Of a DNA stretch of 64,000 bases, positions 56,427 through 64,000 are shown piece by piece. The stretch's first letter is position 1; each line of letters starts with the position of its first letter. This DNA comes from the human T2T-CHM13v2.0 reference genome, Homo sapiens, in the NCBI RefSeq assembly GCF_009914755.1, contig NC_060943.1; one strand, written 5' to 3'. Both the position numbers and the translations under genes were made by a program. The notes beneath the pieces were generated by a model. That model searched no databases and was not told the DNA's origin. It saw nothing but the letters and a program-made list of their open reading frames with translations.

Positions 56427-57574
56427 TAGAGATGTGTTTCTCTCTCTCTTTTGGGGGGTATTGAGCACCTAGATGATGCTATCTCCTTTCGAAACTCTTG
56501 TTCCCTCCTTGTGACTGTTTCTCAAGGTCTTTCTTCATGGCTATGACTTGGTTTCGCTCTCTCCGTGGCCTTGATTTTGTCGCCTGTGTCTTGTAACTCA
56601 TTGTGCATGTAGAAAATCCAAGTGTCTACTAAGCAACTGTTAGGATTAATAAGTGAACTTAAATTTAGAAAGATCGCTGGATATAAAGGCAATATGGAAA
56701 AAAATTAGTTTTATTTATTTATTCATATTATGTTTTGAGACAGGGTCTCACTGTCACCCAGGTTGGAGTGCAGTGGCGCCATCACAGCTCACTACAACCT
56801 CCGCCTCCCAGGCTCAAGTGATACGCCTCAGCCTCCCTAGCAGCTGGAACTGTCAGTCCGTGCCACTCCACCCAGCTAACTTTTGCATTTTTTGTAGAGA
56901 CGGGGCTTAGCCATATCACCCAGGCTAGTCTCAAACTCACTGTCTCAGCCTCCCAAAGTGCTAGGATTACATGCATGAGCCACCATGGCTGGCCCCCAGT
57001 TTTATTTTTATATGCCAGTAACAGACCAGTAGACTTCACATTGAAAAGTAGCACTGAGGGGTAAATCCAACAAAAGGTTTGCAGAACGACTACACTGAAA
57101 TCACAGAATGTAGCTGGGAGAAATCAGAGACTCAGCAATGGATAGGAAGACTCAGTATTGTCAAGAGGTCAGTTCCATCCAAATTAATTGAAGATTCAAC
57201 GTGATTGCAATCAAAATCCCACCAGGAATTTCGGTAAACACTGGACACTGATTGGCTCTTTCTAAATGTGTGGAAAGACAAGGCCAAGCCAGGCGAGGAG
57301 AATAAAGCACCAGGACCTGCATGACCAGGGGAAGCTCCAGCAACCAGGCCAGGCCCAATGGCTCATGCCTGTAATCCCAGCACTTTGGGAGGCCAAGATA
57401 GGAGGATTGCTTTAGGTCAGGAGTTCAAGACCAGCCTCTATAAAATAGCAAGACCTCATCTCTACAAAAAATAAAATAGAAAACTGGGCGTGGTGACTCA
57501 TTCCTGTAGTCCCAGCTGCTCAGGAGGCTGAGCTGGGAGGATCGCTTGAGAACTGGAGGTCAAGGCTGCAGTGA

Positions 57575-57778
<204 letters not shown>

Positions 57779-58877
57779 TAGCTGGATCACAGGCACATGC
57801 CACCACGTCCATGTGCAAAAAAAAAAAAAAAACCTGCAGCAACCAACCAGGATGATATACAGTTGGCAGAAGGGTAGGAAGACAGACCAAGGGGACAGGA
57901 TGAAGAGTCTAGGTACAGCTACACTTGTATAATTACTTGATGTGTGATCGAGGTACCACTGCACTTCACTGAGGAAAGGACTTTTTTTCCCCTAGTTCAT
58001 GATGCGGGGCAGTTGGGTATCTGCAAGGGGAAAAAATTAGCCCTACCTCATACTATATGCAAAATATAACTTGAAGTGAATTGCAGATCCAAATGTGACA
58101 ACTCACAAAATATAGTTTCTTTTCTCTTTTCTTTTCTTTTTCTTTTTCTTTTTTTTTTTTTTTTTTTTTTTTTTGAGACAGAGCCTCGCTCTGTAGTCCA
58201 GGCTGGAGTGCAGTGGTGTGATCTCAGCTCTCTGCAACCTGCGCTTCCTGGGTTCAAGCGAGTCTCCTGCCCCTGCCTCCCGAGGATCTGGGACTACAGG
58301 CATGTGCCACCACACCCAGCTAATTTTTGTATTTTTAGTAGAGATGGGGTTTCACCATGTTGGCCAGGCTGGTCTCGAACTCCTGACCTCAAGTGATCCG
58401 CCCTCCTCACCCTCCCGAAGTGCTGGGATTACAAGCGTGAGCCACTGCACCCGGCCCTCACACAATAAAGTTTCTAGAAGAAAACAGGAAAATGTCTAAA
58501 TGACCTTGGTGAGGGCATGAAAAGTGGAAACATCCTGTTTTCCAAACAGGATACAAAAAGCACCGAGTACAAAAGAAAAGATGGATGAACCAGGCCCACT
58601 CCTTAGGTCTCTGAGCCTCCGTGTCTCTCTGGCTTTCATGAGTCTCATGGCTCTGACTGGGTCATGCTCTATTCGGTGCCACTCACACTTTCTCCAAGTT
58701 GGTGATGGTGTCTGGATTACTGTGGGCTCCTGTTAACCTCTCTCCTCTTCCCTGCACCTAGTTTTCTGTCCACTTTGGACTTCAGATTGTGATTCCAGCC
58801 CCTGAGTGTGCTGCCTGCCATCTGTTGTCTTCCCTCTTCCCCTTGCTGCCACGCGTTTTGTTCTGCACCTGCCCTGA

Positions 58878-59234
<357 letters not shown>

Positions 59235-59518
59235 TGACTGTCCCTTTCCATCTCTTCCTCTCCTTTGATTTTGTTTAAGAGACAGGGTCTTGCTCTGCCT
59301 CCCAGGCTGGAGTGCTGTGGCACAATCAGAGCTCACTGCATGCAGTCTTGACCTCCTGTGCTCAAGTGATCCTCCTACCTCAGCCTCACAAATAGCATTT
59401 AACTCTTTCTGATTTAATGTCCCACTAGACCCTGGGTTTGTTTTGCTCTGTCGGGCCCTCTTTGGGTGCCTTTTGCGCCTCTTTCTGGGTGTTTTTCCTT
59501 ACATCTCTCACCCGCTAG

Positions 59519-59773
<255 letters not shown>

Positions 59774-60276
59774 TAGTCCCACCCACCAGGTCTCATATAA
59801 ATAGTGAGAATACAGGACTAGAAAGGGACCAGTTGGGGGGCTGCTGTAGGTTGGGTGGTCTGGGCAGGCCCCCTGAGGAGGTGGTACTGAATGAGGAAGT
59901 AGCAGTGGGGGTGGGCCCTGGGCAGAGGAATTGGCATGCTGGTTGGAGGGTACGGAAGGTTAGGGTAGGCTGGAGTGGTGCCAGCACCTAGATTGATTCC
60001 ATGAGCTATTGAGCGCCTCCTTACGTGCCAGGCCCCGTTCTGCACTGTAGGGCTGCAGCAGGGACTGAGATAGAAACCTCTGCTGTCCTGTGGCCTATAG
60101 TCTGTAGGGGCAAAGAGGTGGGAGGCAGACAGGCAACAGACAACAATATGTGGTATGTTGGGTGGAAGTACCAGAGTGAATTCAAGCAGGGTGAGGGATG
60201 GAGGAAGTGGCAGTACTATGGGTCTCCCACTGGACTCAGGGCTCTTGTGCTCACCGACTCCCCTATACCCCCGCAG

Positions 60277-60365
60277 CTTTCTGAGAATCCACCGAATCAC
60301 ATCTTGTTCCTCACCAACCTGCCAGAGGAGACCAACGAGCTCATGCTGTCCATGCTTTTCAATCA
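60277..60365 (+). CDS. SNRPA: SNRPA exon 5 [18 protein letters not shown]...
   Basis: 89 nt; start of RRM2. Confidence 0.97.
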
Positions 60366-61527
60366 GTAAGTGGGGCCTGTGGCTGGGTGGTCCCTGGAGG
60401 GTGATGGCCAGGAGGCATCTCCATGGAAACAGGCCTCAGAACTCTGCCAGCAGAGCTCTGAGCCAAGTAGGGCTTTGCAGAAGGGACAGCGACCAAAGAT
60501 GTGAAAGGAGGAGGCTGTGGCTGGGCCCACGGCCTGTGGGGGACATGGGGGTGAGGCTGGAAAGGTCTCCATGGCCAGGGCTTGCCGGCTTTTTTCAGCC
60601 TTGTTTGAGGGCTGAGGGAGTCCAGGCTCTGGGCCTCATTTTCCCAGCCCCTAAAATGGGGGCATGCAAGGCAAGGTATGTGTAAAACTGCATTGAGATG
60701 TCCTTGAACATTGGCTAAGACTGGCAGAAGTCAGCGTGCTCAGAAACAGCAAGTGTGGGAGATGGGGATGCGTGAAACTCTTGTGCCTGGCGTCAGGGTG
60801 GAGGCCGGTGCAGCCGATGTGTAGAGGGGCTGTTCACCATTGTTGAGTGAAGTCGTGGGTGTGGGTGAGTTCATCTGGTGGTTCTGTTTCAGGGGCTGTG
60901 AGTGGGGCATTCGTCAGTGTTTGTGGTGGGGAGTTGGAGGGTGTCTGGGAGAAGGGATGGCTACATGCAGCATCTCACCATGCTGCACTGCGTGGCACTT
61001 AGAAGAACAGAAAGCGCAACTTTATAATAGTGCCGAGAGAAGATTGTGAGAACCTGAAAAATACAGAAAAACAATACCACATGTGCAGCCTGTCCACAAA
61101 GCTGTATATTTTGTGAGAATGCCGATGGAAAAAAGGATACCTAGTAAACATGAGGATGGCTGCTTAATGGAGAAAGAAGTATGGAATGAGAAGAGGGAAA
61201 TTAGAGAAACAGCATATCAGAAAAGTGAGGGTAAGGCCGGGTGCGGTGGCTCACGCCTAAAATCCCAGTATGTTGGGAGGCTGAGGCAGGTGGATCACTT
61301 GAGGTCAGGAGTTCGAGGCCAATGTGGGCAACTTGGTGAAACCCCTTCTCTCCTAAAAATACAAGAATAAAAATGGAAAAAGTGAGGGTATTGGTTATTT
61401 TTTTGGTGTGGCGGGTGGGTTATGATTTAGGAAGGGCCCAGGAGACTGCGGTGTACTGTTTCTTGATTTAGGTTGCAGTTGCATGGGTGTTTGTGTTTAA
61501 ATTTTTCATTAAATGCTATGTTTACAT

Positions 61528-61650
61528 TAGAGTTTTTCAACTTAGTACTATCTGCATTTTGGGCTGGATAATTCTGAGTAATGGGGCCCTGCCCTGTGCA
61601 TTGGAGGCTATTTGGCATCATTTCTGGCCTCTGTCCACTTGATGCCGTTA
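61528..61650 (-). mobile_element. MER20 fragment just upstream of SNRPA exon 6
   Basis: CATTTTGGGCTGGATAATTCT…CCTGTGCATTG…CTGGCCTCTGTCCACTTGATGCC. Confidence 0.75.
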
Positions 61651-61677
61651 CGTTAGGGGGAAATGCTGAGTCCCTGA

Positions 61678-61857
<180 letters not shown>

Positions 61858-61928
61858 CACCTTTTCCCCCCATGCCTGCCCCTTCCCCTGTTCTGGGGCC
61901 ACCCCTTTCCCCCTTGGCTCAGCCCCCT

Positions 61929-61956
61929 GAAGGTAAGTCCCCCCTTGGGGGCCTTC
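61929..61956 (+). promoter_or_regulatory. SNRPA: SNRPA 3'UTR U1 snRNP-binding site within a stem
   Basis: AAGGTAAGT; GAAGG/CCTTC and C-run/G-run pairing. Confidence 0.8.
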
Positions 61957-61987
61957 TTGGAGCCGTGTGTGAGTGAGTGGTCGCCAC

Positions 61988-62035
61988 ACAGCATTGTACC
62001 CAGAGTCTGTCCCCAGACATTGCACCTGGCGCTGT
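61988..62035 (+). promoter_or_regulatory. SNRPA: U1A polyadenylation inhibition element (PIE)
   Basis: ATTGTAC 61993 and ATTGCAC 62019 between ACAGC/GCTGT stem arms. Confidence 0.95.
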
Positions 62036-62044
62036 TAGGCCGGA

Positions 62045-62050
62045 ATTAAA
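62045..62050 (+). terminator. SNRPA: SNRPA poly(A) signal ATTAAA
   Basis: Directly after PIE, followed by U/GU-rich tract. Confidence 0.9.
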
Positions 62051-62924
62051 GTGGCTTTTTGAGGTTTGGTTTTTCACAATCATTTGTCTGTCTGATTTTC
62101 TTGCTCTTCATGGTTCCTTTCCCTCCACCTCAGCAGCACATCCTGGGTTTTTGGACCTCTTGGCATTTTGAGGTTTGCAACCTTGGGGAAACATAGGATA
62201 GTGTAGTAATATTGTTCAAACTCAGGTTACAATGACTACTTTGGCAGTTTTGTATGTTGTCCCAATTCACAGCAGGAAATGGAATCCTGGGTCAGGAAAT
62301 GGAAAGTCAGGGCTGCCGCGTACAGTTAGGCAGGATGGGTACTGCACAAGAATGGCACCTTTTAAGGGCACACCATTCACTTTGTAGGCTTACAAGTTTA
62401 TGCCACCACTTTTCTAACAGATGACAAGAGTGTTCAGGGAGAGGTGTTTCTTCACCTTTTTTTTACTCTTCTCAAAAGTGCAGCCTGTTGTAGCAATGGC
62501 CCCAGAGAAACCACAGTAGGTAGTTCAAACAGAAAGGAATTTAATACAGGAAACTTGGTGCTGCTGAAATCATGGGGCGTGTGGGTGGTAGGAGTGGCGG
62601 TCTGGGTTTGAGACTCTTGAGTTCGAGTTTGCAGCCCCCGAATGAGCTCCTAGCTAGAGTTCAGCGGGATGCCACTCTGGCTTCCGGCAGTGCCTGGACT
62701 CATTTGGTCACTCCTGGGAAGCTACTGACTTGATGCTGGTATGAGGGGTGTGGCCGCCTCACACACAGGTGATCTACTTTCCTGGCCAGTGGCCAGCCAG
62801 GAGCTTCAGGCAGGTGCCTGACCCCAATTCCCCTGCAGTGTCTAGCTGCAGGGAAGTCTAGGATATGTGACTTCTGGCTGTACAGCCACAAACCCAGCTG
62901 CAGCTCTGGATTAGAAAGGGAGAT

Positions 62925-64000
<1,076 letters not shown>

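Overview
Human (primate) genomic DNA, very Alu-dense. I recognise it from the spliced proteins as the chr19q13.2 cluster COQ8B(-) / ITPKC(+) / ACTMAP (C19orf54)(-) / SNRPA(+). I traced all exons by hand with GT-AG boundaries and phases. ITPKC closes at 683 aa, ACTMAP at 351 aa and SNRPA at 282 aa. COQ8B has 8 coding exons here and continues off the left edge. The layout is two head-to-head CpG-island promoters (COQ8B/ITPKC and ACTMAP/SNRPA) with one tail-to-tail junction (ITPKC/ACTMAP) whose poly(A) signals face each other 31 bp apart. Most ORF-track entries are Alu-derived noise. I found no wholly new gene system. The most notable observations are: a U12-type minor intron in ACTMAP; the SNRPA 3'UTR PIE plus U1 site, with a U1-5'-end mimic in its own 5'UTR that is complementary to that site; a six-fold RFX/X-box-like cluster 2 kb upstream of ITPKC; a PxIxIT-like calcineurin motif and Trp/TDGS repeats in the ITPKC N-terminus; templated insertions inside Alus; a U6 retrocopy; and a deeply nested transposon stack. 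Repeat-family names and variant IDs are from memory, not from a search.
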